Source: Phoronis australis
Taxonomy: Eukaryota; Animalia; Phoronida
Assembly: GCA_002633005.1 (NCBI GenBank)
Contig: NMRA01000202.1
Coordinates: forward strand, 521,626 to 585,625
DNA: 64,000 bases
Direction: 5' to 3'
The position numbers and the translations under genes are program-made. Numbering within the stretch: the stretch's first letter is position 1; the number at the start of each line of letters is the position of its first letter. Below, piece after piece: positions 1 through 13,257 of the stretch. Under the pieces are notes generated by a model that was given only the letters and a program-made list of their open reading frames with translations, had not been told where the DNA came from and searched no databases.

Positions 1-32
1 CCCCCCCTAAATCCGCCTATGCTACGGGCCTG
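1..32. mobile_element. End of a GC-rich MITE truncated by the window edge
   Basis: CCCCCCCTAAATCCGCCTATGCTACGGGCCTG resembles the reverse complement of the GGCRGATYTA-G-run termini seen at 12175, 45357 and 57387. Confidence 0.45.
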
Positions 33-1842
33 CTAGTAGAGTGAATCTCCATCATACGTTGGTCAAGACTACGACCGGCTATTTTGTTTTGAAAATTTCA
101 AAAAAATTTGTCATCGTTGTGAAAAAGTATGTTATACAAAAAATCTCCGTTAGAGACTAAAAGATATTATAGTAATTTACTGTGTCCACGTGCCGTTCAC
201 GTGCCGTCCAATCAAAAAGTCAATCGGTCGTTTGGTCCGCCGTGTGAAAAGAATTCAAATGTGAACATGGTACGGATGTGTCATGATCTGTCTAATTCTA
301 TCGTCTGATCCAAATCAGACGGCAAGTGTGAGATCCTACCATCATAAACCGATGACAAAGGTGTAGAAAATGTGGCAAAATATTCTCATTTTCTAAATTT
401 CGATCCTAAAAAGGGCCTTCTCACACATTGTCGGTTCAGTCGGCGATTCAAGGCGGTTCTGTCAGCCTTGTTCATTTGAATTTGAAAGTGCACGACTTTG
501 CGTTTGCGGAAACGATACATGATGCCATTTTTGAAGAACTCGGTGACTTTGACAAAAATGCCCACCTCCCCCAAAGAGTGACTGGGCTCAATGATTGGTT
601 CCTGCACTTGCACCTCCGTTCACAAGGGTATAGTTGTGTGCCTGTGTACCAGAACGCTTCGAGTCAATCATAGTCACTCTGCATCCCTGAGATGTATCCG
701 TGTTGACTGCGACACCTTCAGGATGTTTCTACAAACGAAAACAACTGCAACCGCCAGCTACATTCACTGTAGGTGCGACATCGCTAAACTTCGTCTCTCA
801 ACTCACACATGCACGTGCTACGTCCTCCACTACATTGAACTTTCCTCCTGATCTTATAAACCAACATTTATTTGTACAAAATATTGATTAACCAACTGTT
901 TTAAGCATTTTTCACATAAACAAAAGTCACATTATTTGCACACTAATTCAAAATATCTTCCGTACACTTCAGAATATGTGCACCGCAAAATTTTGTGTTT
1001 GGAATATTTCAAGACCTCTGTTCTGTGATTTGGTAATGGAAAAACCCAAAGAATTTCAATCCTCTGAGACTGCACGTCATCCCAGTTTGTCGTCCCTCCA
1101 CCCTCCGTATTTTCCCTCCCACTTCCTCTCTCGTCCATCTCGCCCATTATATCACGTTACAGCAAACCAGCAGTTCATTAGAGTAAATTAATTTAGACGA
1201 TACCTAAGACAGACCGTTTCGTCTGGTCGTGTAATTATTGATTTCGACAGCAGATTAAAGAAAACTATGGTCAGTTGAGTGTATTTATCGATTTCGCAAG
1301 TAGATTAAAGAAAAGTACGGCTAGTTAATTGTAACAATCCATTAAGTCGATACTCAATCACCTCTCTCGATAAACTCTAAGACGCGAACACTTGTGCAGT
1401 TATTTACAAACCAATACGGAGTGACAGCACACTCGCAACGCGCGTTAAGGAAATCAACAAACTAGTCCTTTTGTTTTGCTCACTGAGCCCGAATTCCTAA
1501 TAAAATGCAAACAGATTTTGGCCTTAATTGTACTGAAACGGACTCGGAAATTAGGACTTCAAGTGTTCGTTTGGTGGCTTTTGTCTATATACGTACACAC
1601 ACGCCGGCACACACCCACACACACATATCTCCATGATAGCAAGTAGCAGCATATATGTATGTTGTGTTTATATGTAAAGGTACATGTACATGACTGCTTT
1701 AATTCTATTATTTGTTTACTTATGGATGCAAGTCAATTCGCGTGAATACGGACAGGGATTACGCCACTGAATACAGGAAAGTTGTGGCAATCTGCTTTAA
1801 ATGGTTAAGACCGTAATCCACGTTAGGCGTACAGTCGTCTAG

Positions 1843-2062
1843 TATGAAGGGCCAAAGGATTCTCATTACCTGTTTGTGCGTTGAAATGTGGTTAATCAAC
1901 GCGTAATTTTACTTAATCAACGTATAGTTTTGCTTAATCAACGCACTGACGGTTCTTAATCGGCCATCTTGCTGCTTATGAAGAGCCGAAGGGTACTTTT
2001 AAAAACGAGTACTTGTCTGCGCGTTGAAATGTGCTTAATCAAAGCGTAGTTTTGCTTAATCA
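1843..2062. repeat. Imperfect local duplication (~135-bp offset) with ~21-bp TTAATCAACGCGTAGTTTTGC subrepeats
   Basis: TATGAAG(G/A)GCC..., GCGTTGAAATGTG(G/C)TTAATC and repeated CTTAATCAA units recur. Confidence 0.65.
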
Positions 2063-5000
2063 AACAAATTCGCCTGTACGACACCAGATTTGATTGGTCT
2101 AGCTAATCTGGACTACCTACAACATTTATTTAAGACGTCGTTCCTGAAAAAGCAGGTTTTCTACTCTAAAAATAGATTTCCCGATGAAAATTCCGACGAT
2201 GATCATGTCGCTATTTTTAGGCTTTCGCTATTTTCAAACTGGGTCATCAGAAATAGGTCAACAAAATCGGATAAAAATATAATTCAAATCAAACGAAAAC
2301 GTTTTGTTATGAATACATTCAGTGTATTTACACTGAGAAATAAGATGTCTATAGAAAATAGTGACCAAATATCGAGTGTGCGTATTTTACTGACACAATC
2401 GTCTGCTCGCAGCGTTCCTTGGCTCTCCAGGTCTCGTTCTTAGTGTAAACTCCGCTTTTTCCGCAATTTCCATTGTTATTTTATTGTCCTGTGATCAATG
2501 GAGGAAATACGTCTATCACTATTTCCATCCAAGAAGCTAAGGAACGAAAAATACGCTTAGAAAACTGAGAAATTCATCGAAACTAAAACGACACATCGTT
2601 GCACAACTGTTATATCCCCGAATCCATTCACTGGTTTCATTTATTATGAAAAAAAATTACCAATTATTCAATATCATAGAAAATCTTGTCGCTTACTAGC
2701 TATGCGGCGCGTGTACGCTTGGCATGTAAAACAAGCTACTGTGCAGCACATGGCAACAAAATGCCTCTGCGATACAATTAAGCTCGTATATATGGGATAA
2801 ATAGGTTTAATGTTAAATGTATAGGAATACTGCTGCGATATCCTATGTTGATTTCATTTCATCAGGAAAAGTCTCAACGATACGAAACATTTGGGCAGAC
2901 GACTGACGAAAGTAACTACGCAAAATATCGCCATTACAAGCTAAGCACGTGGGTATATCAACTTTTCACGTTAGTGCCTTGGGTTTACGGAACACAGCCC
3001 TGACCATACAAGTAAATGTAAAAACAAGATCAATCGGTGTTATCAAAATGACTGTGGTTGTTTCCTTTTTGACATATTTTCCAAATTACGAGAACATGTT
3101 TTGACAGATGCACTTTCGATGAAATAGCATGGGGAAGATTAACAATTTTATCAAAATATTGGTTGTTTTGCGTATACCGTTGACTGCGTCACCTGACTTT
3201 TTCTGTATTCGCTTTCATCGTCTTTCTGCTTTTCTTCCTTATTTAAAGAAACTACCAAATTTAGTAGCTTTTTGACTTCGCACCTGTAGCTCCGTGGCTG
3301 TATATTCTCACTTTTATGCAATGGCCTAGGCCTAAATAATTTTAAATACTTTTCTAAAAAATCTGTCTTGTCGATGCAGATGTTTGCCCTGGCACAGTCA
3401 AGCAGGCACAAGAGGCCCGGGGAGTTATCCCCACTGAAGTGTTATACGAAATGTGATGCCTAGAAGAGTGACTTTTCTCACAATATTCCCTACAAAATGG
3501 TACCTTTTGCAGCACTTTCAATCTTAAAGTGTACCATTTCGTAGACAATCAAATAGGAAACTCGTTTTAACAGCATAGCATCTTTTATTGGGTGGTTTAA
3601 AATTTCATCGATCTAAGAATCCTTTAGAATTACGGATTACGGAATTAATATCTACAAGAGGGTGATGTTTCAGTAACACAAATCTATGAAAAGTGTCTTT
3701 ATTCACGGAAGTTCTCTGCAAACGAGTCATAAACTTTAAATTCCTACTTGAGGTTTCGAATTTGAAGCTTTATGATATTGGGTTATGTATACGTTGTACG
3801 AAATGGCACCAGTAGGTGCACCCTTGAGATTTCGTCTAGCAACTCGAATTTGTGGCTATAATCATTGACTTGGGCCACCGTGTGCCTGATACTAGCCAGG
3901 AGCTCATCTGCGTAAATCAAATTATTCTCAAACCACTAAGTCTGAGACTTTTTCTTTACTTCACAGCAACGTAAAACACAAAATACTAAAACAGGTGTAT
4001 AATTGGACTGAGTTTGAGTGCGGATATATGATTCTAGGCCCTGCCTGGACTTAAACGACAAGCACCTCGAAAATACACCTTGAAATTCTGAGACTGCTTG
4101 GCAGACGTCTCACGTGACAATTACTAAGGTTCAATTAACCACAAGTAGAATTTTGCTCAGGAAACGTGAGCTCGGCTTCATCTGAAGTGCAATTTTCGCA
4201 TATTAGTAATATCTACTGACAGAGTTTAATTACTGGAAAGACTATCCATCATTTTCAGTGATTGGTTGAGCGTACTTTTGGCCTTGGCGACGGTTGTTGT
4301 GATTATTGCTACGTTATTCGATAATAATTCAATAACTTACGATGATAATAATTTGGGAATAATCTTCAGAAATTCGAGGGTGATTTCGTACATTCGGGTT
4401 TATGTAAAATACAAGCAGGTTCGCAAAGTATGCATTTTGTAGGGTACCTGAATCTTCACATTGCATGGTCATAAATGCTTGAATGCGGTTATCAACGATT
4501 TTGTTATGATATTTTAAGTATGTCTTCTTCAATTGGTGTTCTTGGGATCAAGAAGTGAACACGAAAATTTAAGAAATAACGATTCCAGGGCTAGAACTTA
4601 GTAACGGAACAGGTGTTCAGACAAATCGACTGAAATTTGTAGTCGAATACCTCTTTGAATGTCCAGCAAATATGACTGACATAGAAAGAAAATGCAAAAA
4701 CATGCTTACCACCACGCAAGTTTGATTTTGTGGTAATGATTAATTGGACAATGATGACTCCCTTCCCGAAATACACCGAGATGAGTTTGATCATCATGAA
4801 TATGCCGTAAAAATGACTTTAAACGATGCCTGATTTATGAACCGTCTTCGTAACCCATTAATATATCATGGCCCACAGTGACACCCCAAATACTAATCTA
4901 ACTTGTAGGTATACTACGCGCCTTTTTTGACAAACTGATAAAGCAATTTTATTTGTCAAAAATGAAATTCAGTTCAGTGGCAAGAAAGTTAAATAATGAA

Positions 5001-5123
5001 TCATGAGGTGGTCGAGGTTTCTAAGAATATCGCCTCAAATCCTATGACCGAAATCAAAACAACTGCCGTCCGGAACTCAATATCTAGACCCTAGAGATTG
5101 CGACACTGCGCTCAAAACCTTAA

Positions 5124-6220
5124 AGGAATGAAAACCGGCGTTTTCGCCTCGTTTTTGATTAAAATTCGATTTTCTAGTTGTACTGGGCATTCTTAAAATT
5201 CATTAAATTCCCTAGGATTCTACTTAATCCTGCATCCGTCACTACGCACCTGAACTACCCAAATCATTTACCGCTATCCTAATTGCATGAACTTCGGAGT
5301 GTGTTTGACATCGGATGCTTCTTTGTTGATTGGGCTTTCATTTGTCTTTCTCTGAGTCTTACTGAGTATGACTGGAGGTTGTTGCGTACCGGAATGCACG
5401 CTTTATGTGATACCGAATGTTAAGTGTTCTGCTTTGCCAAATTCAAGGGGATGACAAGATCCGTCGGAATTGGCTCATTCTTGTCAAGAACGCAGCGTAG
5501 CCCCTTCATGTCGCTGCTAAAGCAGTGTAGAACTTTCGGAGCTGGGCCAACCATTCCTTTTCCTCGGATTATGAATCAGTGCTACATGTACACAGAGATC
5601 ATAGAGATCATGAAGGTACCTCCACAACGTGTTATGGAGAAGCTAGGATACCATAAATACCATACCACTATTCTCGAAGTGTCTTTTTGAAAAGCGAAGC
5701 GTCGCCAGCCGCATGACGAGAGTAGGCCTATCGCCCGTGCTAATATAGTCACCGCAGCATCTAAGGCCGGCAATCAGTACTACTTAATATTGTGTGCTGG
5801 CGTTGTCTTAAACCTAGAACCTATGATGGGTCGACAATGTCCAGCACTATCAATTACATTCCACTGAGGTTCAATACACTTTGACCATTTGCACCGTCCA
5901 AAACGTCCTAGCATAAGTCTGTCCTTGGCGTCTTGTTCGCTTGGCTCAATCGGTGCCTGACTGTGTGCCCTTTCAGTCTCCAGAAACACCGGCTCAAACA
6001 AGTAAGCTGCGTAGCCATGAAAGAATTCATCGTCGTTTCCACAGTCTGCCATTTACCAGTTACTGAGTAACAAACTGCGATCGCTCACTCCATCTATTTC
6101 CCGAGATCACAGTAAACGTCACTTCTGTAGAAACGCATGCACTACTACTTAGACTCCAGAGGAAGGTGATTGTTTTCAAATTTTGCCAAGGATAGCCAGA
6201 AAATCGTATTCACGATGTTT
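5124..6220 (+). mobile_element. Degenerate Kolobok-type DNA transposon derivative (family A)
   Basis: TTAA|AGGAATG terminus at 5120-5130. A + strand THAP remnant starts at 5368 (MTGGCCVPEC.../DDKIRRNWLILVKN...NFRSWANHSFSSDYE, with frameshift and stops). It faces a minus-strand KolX-like start at 6052 (MADCGNDDEFFHGYAAYLFEP...DRL...CKWSKC). The right terminus was not found. Confidence 0.7.
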
Positions 6221-6230
6221 CATCGAAACA

Positions 6231-6496
6231 GGAACTCCGCCGGGTTTAAAACAGGTATCCCGGAGTCGAAAACAGACCCCGTACCTTCAAAACAGCTAAC
6301 CAGCCCGAAAGACACGAACCCCGACATTTAAAACAGGAACCCCGGGATTGGATAGGAAACCCGGATATTTTTGTCCTGTACGATCCCAGGGTTCCTGTTT
6401 TATAGGTCGGGGTTCGTGTTTTTCGGGCAGGTTAGCTGTTTTGAAGGTGGGGAGTCTGTTTTCGACTCCAGGATACATGTTTTACACCGGGGTTCT
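6231..6496. mobile_element. Foldback/MITE-like palindrome built of ~20-bp AAAACAG subrepeats
   Basis: The left arm (~6240-6350) is the reverse complement of the right arm (~6380-6492), e.g. GGAGTCGAAAACAGAC / GTCTGTTTTCGACTCC and CTTCAAAACAGCTAACC / GGTTAGCTGTTTTGAAG. Confidence 0.85.
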
Positions 6497-9070
6497 GGAA
6501 CACCCTTGTAACCGCAAACGACTGCAAAAAACGGTTCCCTCCACCATTCATGTGTGCATGCTTGTCTAAATAAGCAGCCTAATTGAATAAATGAATATTT
6601 CGCTGTTTTGGAGTCCGTTTTGCACAAAATTCCTTGTGAACGCCCCAGTGAGCTCACCAGCTTCAATCCAACATTCAGTACTATTTTCTATACAATCTCC
6701 TTAAAATACAAGTTCTCCATTAGGCTTCATTACGGCCAAGAAGCGTCATAACTAGGGTAACTAATAGAGTGTTGAAAAGAAAAACTCCGAAACAATGAAT
6801 TTGTTCAGGAATTCAATTTTCAGTGGCTCATTTACGTGGACAGTCACTGTAAGTTTTGAAATTTGTATATACCCTTAAGACTATACAGTGTAAAAAGAGC
6901 AAGAACATCAGCTGTATTTTTATTCCATGGAATTTCTAATTTCCCTCGACGACAATGCTGCGTTATGTAGACCTAAGAAAGTGAGTTTGGGTTGTATTGC
7001 AGGGCAATATCACCCGAAGACTAACGTGCCGTTTCTGGTGATAAACTTCGTCTACGGATCGCTCCGTGGATTGGAAGCAACCGTCGTCGTTGGAAAACTC
7101 AAATCCATTCACAACGCCACACCTCACACTCTTTCAGTGTTGCCAAAGGATAACGAATACGACTTATCGTCTTTTCGGTGATTACAAGAACATTTGGGCA
7201 TCTCTGTTGGTTTGAATTTGAGAAATGCCATTTTAACTGGCCCGTGCTGCAAACCGGCAGGAGGCTTGGAAAATTGGTGATGTCCGGCGGGGTACAACTG
7301 CTAACGACCGGGGTTCTCAAAGTTTGCAAGACTAAGTTGTCTCTTCTTCATGAACACTTCCATGATCTAACCAAGCTAAAAAGAAACTTTACGGAACGTA
7401 TCACCGTAGCGATGGCGTTGATGACGTGGAAGCTGGGAGTATTCTGGATGTAACGGACTATCCATATAGTCAGCAATGTTTTAAGAATACAAGAAGACAG
7501 GATTTTTAAATCCTGTCTTCTTGTCTTCCTGCAAAAACACGCAAACACAAGCGCGTGAAAGGATATGCAGTACTTTCACGCCAAAAACAACAAACAAAGA
7601 ACGGCAGATAGCAGCAGTTCTGAACATTCGCTGGTGCCCACGGAAGAATAATTTGTCTGCCAGACTATTTTGAATGGAATACCCTGAAAGTATGCGGCTG
7701 TTGTTCGCAGCCGTTTGAACTAACTGGGAATTCTCGCGGTGACGTAGGAGAACGTCAGGCAAGCGTTCATTACACGCTGACAGTTTATGACTTCATTGTG
7801 GCCCGTGATGCTTTTAACAGGTTGTTAGTAATAATGTGCGTGTGTTACCGGTCGTACACGTACAGTCACTGAGAACATAACTACTTCAGATTCTGGTATT
7901 ATAATTTCCTGTCTTTTCATGCCTAAATATACAACAGATGTGGAAGTTACACTATACGCTGGCCTAATTTTCAACAAAGTCCGTGTGCTTCCAGGCATAG
8001 CATGCGAATTACCAACGACTATGTGTAGTCATATAGTTTTCAAAGGTTGTGCCTATCGTACAATGTAGATTTATCTTGTGTGCTTAAAACGACTTTTCAT
8101 AAAGGCGTTCTATCTGTCGTCTTACAAGTAAATTAACATAGCATTGACATACAAAATGCTAATATTCTAGCCAATCGCGTGCCAAACCACACACAAATCG
8201 CACCATTGAAATGCACTGAGGCATCCCATGGTAAGGATGCCGATCCGCAGTCTGATCGGATAACAAAAACCCACATTAGATCTCTGACGAGCGTTCACAA
8301 GTAATTTTTTCAGACGGCAGATCAGATATTTAATTTACCTTCCGAGCAGAAGGTTGATGCTATGTAAGAGAGATGGTCTTTTCCATTAAAAGTTACCTTT
8401 TTCATAATATAGTGCATAATATCGAATGAAGCATGCCGGTATTTATGTTCATATCCATGAAATGCTATCGAATTTCACTTGACTCTCCTCACCAGCCGCC
8501 ATTTTTAAGATATTACAGGTATATATCCGAGTCCTTCCTCGTGTGACGCCACCTAAAACATTTTAGTCCTTCTATAGACCGGGGAAAATTTTCTCGGCGA
8601 TCAAAACAAGGAGATGGAATTTTTTTAGAATTCCGCCTTAGCTCCAATAGACATGTTTCTCTGAATGTATGCATAGAATCAGAAACGGTCATTGAAGAAA
8701 GTAAGAGCTTTTATAAGTGATGTTTTTTGGTGTAAAGTGAGTTTTGACGAGGTGAAGACGTCTTGCATATTAGCCGGAATTGGACTTTGGTTGTTGAAAA
8801 TACATCCGGTTAAAATACATACGTGACTAGATGTGGCGAGTATTATAGTTTCAATGACAGGTTAGTAGGCCTAGGAGATATTTAATTGTTGCCTATTGTT
8901 TGAATTGTGGTTGTTTTGGAGAGTGTACTGTTACGGATCGGACCTTATGAGTCTACATATTACTAAATAAAGTAATATTTAATAAAAATGAGTCAAGTCA
9001 CAATGAAGCAAATCACTCAACATGCACGGCTCAACAATGAGCACATGGCGATCGTTTTGCAATTGGAAAC

Positions 9071-9408
9071 GGTCATAGGAGTATCTGGGCTTACTTCAGT
9101 GTTGGACGGAGGGAAGAGGGCATGCGATAGCTCTGTAAGAATAGAGGTGCAAAAGCATTTCCCTCCCACAATTTCCCCCAGGTCGCCAGGTAATTCACCC
9201 CTCACCAATTGCACCCTGCGCCCGCCATCAAATTCTTTTCACCGATAGCCAGCTGTTTCTCGACCACCTATCCTCCACTTATTTCCTTTCCGTGTTTGTC
9301 AATTGGAAACTTCGCAATCCGATTTTGTTTGATTTACCCGATCTTTCCTTAATTTTGACCAAGTCTGGCGGTCAATTGACCCCTTCCTCCCGTAGCTCCG
9401 CTACGACT
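9071..9408. mobile_element. Putative hAT-like MITE with 8-bp target site duplication
   Basis: TTGGAAAC at 9063-9070 and 9409-9416 flanks a GC-richer segment with degenerate TIRs (GGTCATAGGAG / CTCCGCTACGACT). Confidence 0.5.
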
Positions 9409-11113
9409 TTGGAAACATTCTACATACAGCTCATCACGTGTTGTGAGAGCAAGTTATAATTGTGGTGTGGGAGCCGGCCCCAGTTGACAGGGTCGACACA
9501 TTTTCTTTCATTCACAGGGATTCTGATACGATGGACATTTTTGTGCCTCGTTTGAATATTCCACTGCAAAACAGCGGCAACGATTTGACGACAAAGTTTT
9601 TATAAATGCTGCTAAGTATCCCGCTACGTTAAATCCGCGCAAGAATGTAAACCTGGTTGTCCACCATCGAGGGACAAGGCGTGTTGTATCATACCACCGT
9701 TATATCAGGAAATGACTATTGCAACACACTGTACGTACTGACACAGTATTGTGCAACAAAATGTAGTAGGGATACACGTACGAACAGTAAATGTTATTGA
9801 ATACATGTTCGCTTAGTCTTGGCCAAAACACTTTTGTGAGAGCTTCCACCTCAACCAAATCAATCTTTTTGCATCATACATTTGGGAAATATAACTTCAC
9901 TTACCTGTGAGATACTCAAGAACAAGTTACGTATTGATATTTGTGTGAATCATGCATCACGGAGCCCAGCCAGACTGTATAATGCACTGCCGTGGTATAA
10001 ATATGCTAAATTTTACGAAGCCGGTGACCGCTATATTGTTCATGGTAAAACATAAGCACTGCGTCGCGTAACAATCCCACCTCCAAGTAGACGGTATACT
10101 AAATATAAAAACATCCGCTGCATCAAAACCGGAACGTAACGTACAATGTTAATTTATTACAGACTTCCCATGTTTGCGTCGTGATCGTCTAGCATGTTAG
10201 TTGCGCTCCAAATCATAATTGCCCACTATCTCCGAAAATAGTTCGCGGAATAATTTGGTAATATACCGACAAATATAAAGATATTTTTAGATCGTATTGC
10301 ATTCTGCTCGTTTGCGTAACCATAACATTAAATCGATTTTCCGCAACGGAAAGATGATGCCGTTTCCTAAATTTCAGCTCTGTTTGCAATTAGCCTAATT
10401 ATTTCATTTATTGTCTGATTTTCGAAAGTTTGACTGCGCATGTGCGAAGTTTTGTCATTTTAAAAGACCGTCGCTTTGAAACAGGTTTTGTCCAAACTGG
10501 GTTGCTAATAGATACATTTTAAAAGAAAAAGAAGCGGAAGGAGTCTTTTTAAGCTCGTAGCTGTGTCTATAAACAATTAGCCACGCCTGAGTGCGTACCT
10601 AGTACATGCACCTGATGAAATAAATGTGATATTGCTTGAGTAATCCCATTCTATAAAATAATACCCAGAGCTATCGACGCTGCGTGATACCGATAGACGT
10701 TTATCCGAACGTAAAACTTTAATTTGTAGTCATCATGGGAACGACTATCAAGGAGAGTCAGTGCATTTTCTGGCGACGTCTTTCATTGTCTTACTGACAA
10801 CAGCAAAAAATGAACGAAGGGCATTTTTCCATTTCCGAAAACGCAAACTAGTTATTAGCAAGTAGCTTATACCTTCAGGTCATAGTACTGTTATTGGTTC
10901 TGTGCGTTACAAGATATTTAAATGTCAGCAGTCATTTCAACTTCAATATGTAAAGAAATGCAGCTTTCTAATAACATTTTTTATTCCATTACTCAAATGT
11001 AATCGAGCCCATGTCTGTGCCAATGCACATCTGATGTCACCTGGTAGCATTTCATTAACAAAAATAGCTTTTTGTTGTTTTTTTTTGTATGAACAGTGCC
11101 AAACAATTCGTCT

Positions 11114-11616
11114 TCACCGAAGCCGGTCCTGCGTTTCTTTACGCAAGACACTCGCGAGACACTCGGACGTCTTCACTTGCGGAACGGAAACGGTGAATTT
11201 TAGGTCATAATTTGACATTTCAACCCCGTCGATCAACGCTTCAATGACCACTATTTTTCTGGAGTAGGTTACCAAGCACCCGGGCATACTCGCGAAACAC
11301 TCGCCTTTCACTCGCGTCATTTTGCGTGGTGTTGCGTGATCTTACTTTTTCGCGAGATTCTTGTATCTACAGAACGCATCCCGTGTGGTGCTAACGAATA
11401 AAGGGAAGTATTCTACTTCGCAGTTTTTAGTGCACCTCAAACGTGCCGTGCGTGTCATACTGAGGCCTGTTTTTATAAACTGTCGTAACTTCATGAAGTT
11501 TTGTTATGCAGAGTCGAAACGGAGTCTTACACCACAACTTCGACCGGTCGTAAGTCCGTATTTAAGCTCTGAACGCAAAGAAAATGTTACGAAATTTTAG
11601 TGACGCAGCTCCCCCT
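11114..11616 (-). mobile_element. Possible THAP/Kolobok-like remnant
   Basis: The minus strand reads MTRVKGECFASMPGC... then, after a frameshift, KIHRF. The stretch 11581-11616 (AAAATGTTACGAAAT...GCAGCTCCCCCT) resembles the family B subterminal sequence at 43059-43098. Confidence 0.3.
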
Positions 11617-12174
11617 GCAGTGGTGATAATCATCAGTTGATGTATTTTCTTTGTAAAAAGGATACCCAGTTGCGTGCAGTGCAGAAAATGAATGTAACGA
11701 AGCTGCCAGTTTGAAAATCCCGGATATCTAATCTTCATCACGCTATGTCGACATAAGCTGTCGTCGAAGGTAATCAGGTATACATGCTTCACGTGGTGAT
11801 TCTACTGAAGTCACTATCATACGTATAGGTGTCAGTTTTAAAATTTGAAAAGTTGTCATGGCTAACGAATTAATGGATGAGATATGTAAGGAATAATGAT
11901 TTAATCGAAACGTCTTTTTAATAAAAACGATTGGATCAGTGAATATGTTAATAATGAAAATGTGAACATCACGTGTCACGTACTTATGCCATCACGTGTT
12001 TGTAAGTACTATACCCTTAATTGAAAACCTCAGACACCAGTCTCATTGTCGGAGGCAATTTAAACAAAAGTGGCTTCCCTGAAAACTGTGCACCAACTGT
12101 TCGTAATTTTCAACAGCACGAAATTGTTCAGTATGAAAGCATGTTTCTATATTTATTAAGCTTCAGAGAGCGCC

Positions 12175-12372
12175 CAGTGGAAGATCTACGTTTTCAGTAA
12201 GGGGGGTTTAGGATTCGTGCGAATCCGAAGCGCGTAGCGCCGAGCGGCGGGGGAGGTCGGGACTGAGGGGGTTCCACCCTCCCGTGTAAGATTTTTTTGA
12301 TTTTTATAGCTGATTTCGTTTTCCTGGCAACTTTTTTAAACCCCTGAACCGCCCCCCGTAGATCTGCCTCTG
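12175..12372. mobile_element. MITE, 16-bp TIR CAGWGG(C/A)AGATCTACG, 5-bp TSD; same family as 57387-57595
   Basis: CAGTGGAAGATCTACG...CGTAGATCTGCCTCTG, flanked by GCGCC/GTGCC. An inverted homologue lies at 57387-57595. Confidence 0.8.
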
Positions 12373-12769
12373 GTGCCTAGGCAAAATTATTAACATTTAA
12401 CATTAGCACAGCGGGTAAGATTCGTATGTGGATTTTGTGGCAAGACATCACATACGTTATTTATGCATACTCGTTGTACAGTTGTGTGTTCGTGAGCGTT
12501 TTTTACATGCTTAGTCACATGGACTCACACAGGAGCGCACACATGCACACGCAATAGCTTACGCATGCAATCATACACAAGACACAAAGAGGAAATTCCA
12601 GCCTCATTTGTATGCTTTAGATCCCAAAACATTAGCTTGCACTTTGTCGGTTATGGAGTAGAAACTGAATTCCATCCCCCATTGTCTATAAATTTAATCC
12701 CATCATTCAATATTTCAACCTCACCGACGAATCACTTCCGTAGTTGTTGTTTTCCTAGGATAGACTCAT

Positions 12770-13257
12770 CCGGGACTCCTCGAGTATTTTTATTGCCTCA
12801 AATTCAGTAACCTGCCTCCCGTTCAGTAACGCTAGGACCTCGCTAAAAAGCAAGACTTCGCGAGATTACGTGAGATATTACCGTGCATTTTCAATAAGAA
12901 CCCGTGACTTTGACTACGTTTTAGCTAGGTCCTAGCGTAGGTCCTAGCGTCTACTGAACGCACGCCTGGAGTGTTTCTTATCTGCGCATGTGCGAACTCG
13001 GAATGAGATTTAGTCAAGAGACGGATAAAATCACGGTTATCTGCTTAGAGGTCTCAAAACAAGCACCCGCGAAGTCATTCTCATTCCGTGGTTTGTAATT
13101 TTATGTGTTGGCCCGTTGTCCTAGGGGTATTACGGCGCTTTTGACTGCATTCTCCATTTCACATGTCACACGACTTCATTGAAGTTTACACATGCGCAGA
13201 TGAAAACATCTCCGTACAGAGATAATTTGAGGCTACGAAAATACCCGAGTCGTTCCC
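12770..13257. mobile_element. Palindromic MITE with a second MITE (~12811-12969) nested in its left arm
   Basis: Outer arms: CTCGAGTATTTTTATTGCCTCAAATT / AATTTGAGGCTACGAAAATACCCGAG and ATCTGCGCATGTG / CACATGCGCAGAT. Inner arms: CGTTCAGTAACGCTAGGACCT / AGGTCCTAGCGTCTACTGAACG. Confidence 0.65.

Noticed and set aside
386-891. Overlapping ORFs of 63-86 aa
   Set aside because: No recognisable motifs, and lengths are within chance expectation.
3151-3548. Two overlapping minus-strand Cys-containing ORFs
   Set aside because: Possibly a decayed coding relic, but no family could be recognised.
6927-7181. FVYGSLR motif resembling gamma-glutamylcyclotransferase/AIG2
   Set aside because: Only seven residues match; the rest of the ORF shows no family features and no exon structure.
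8280-8330. CTGACGAG hammerhead-core-like motif (also CTGATGAG at ~57685)
   Set aside because: No stem II followed by GAAA, and no flanking helices.
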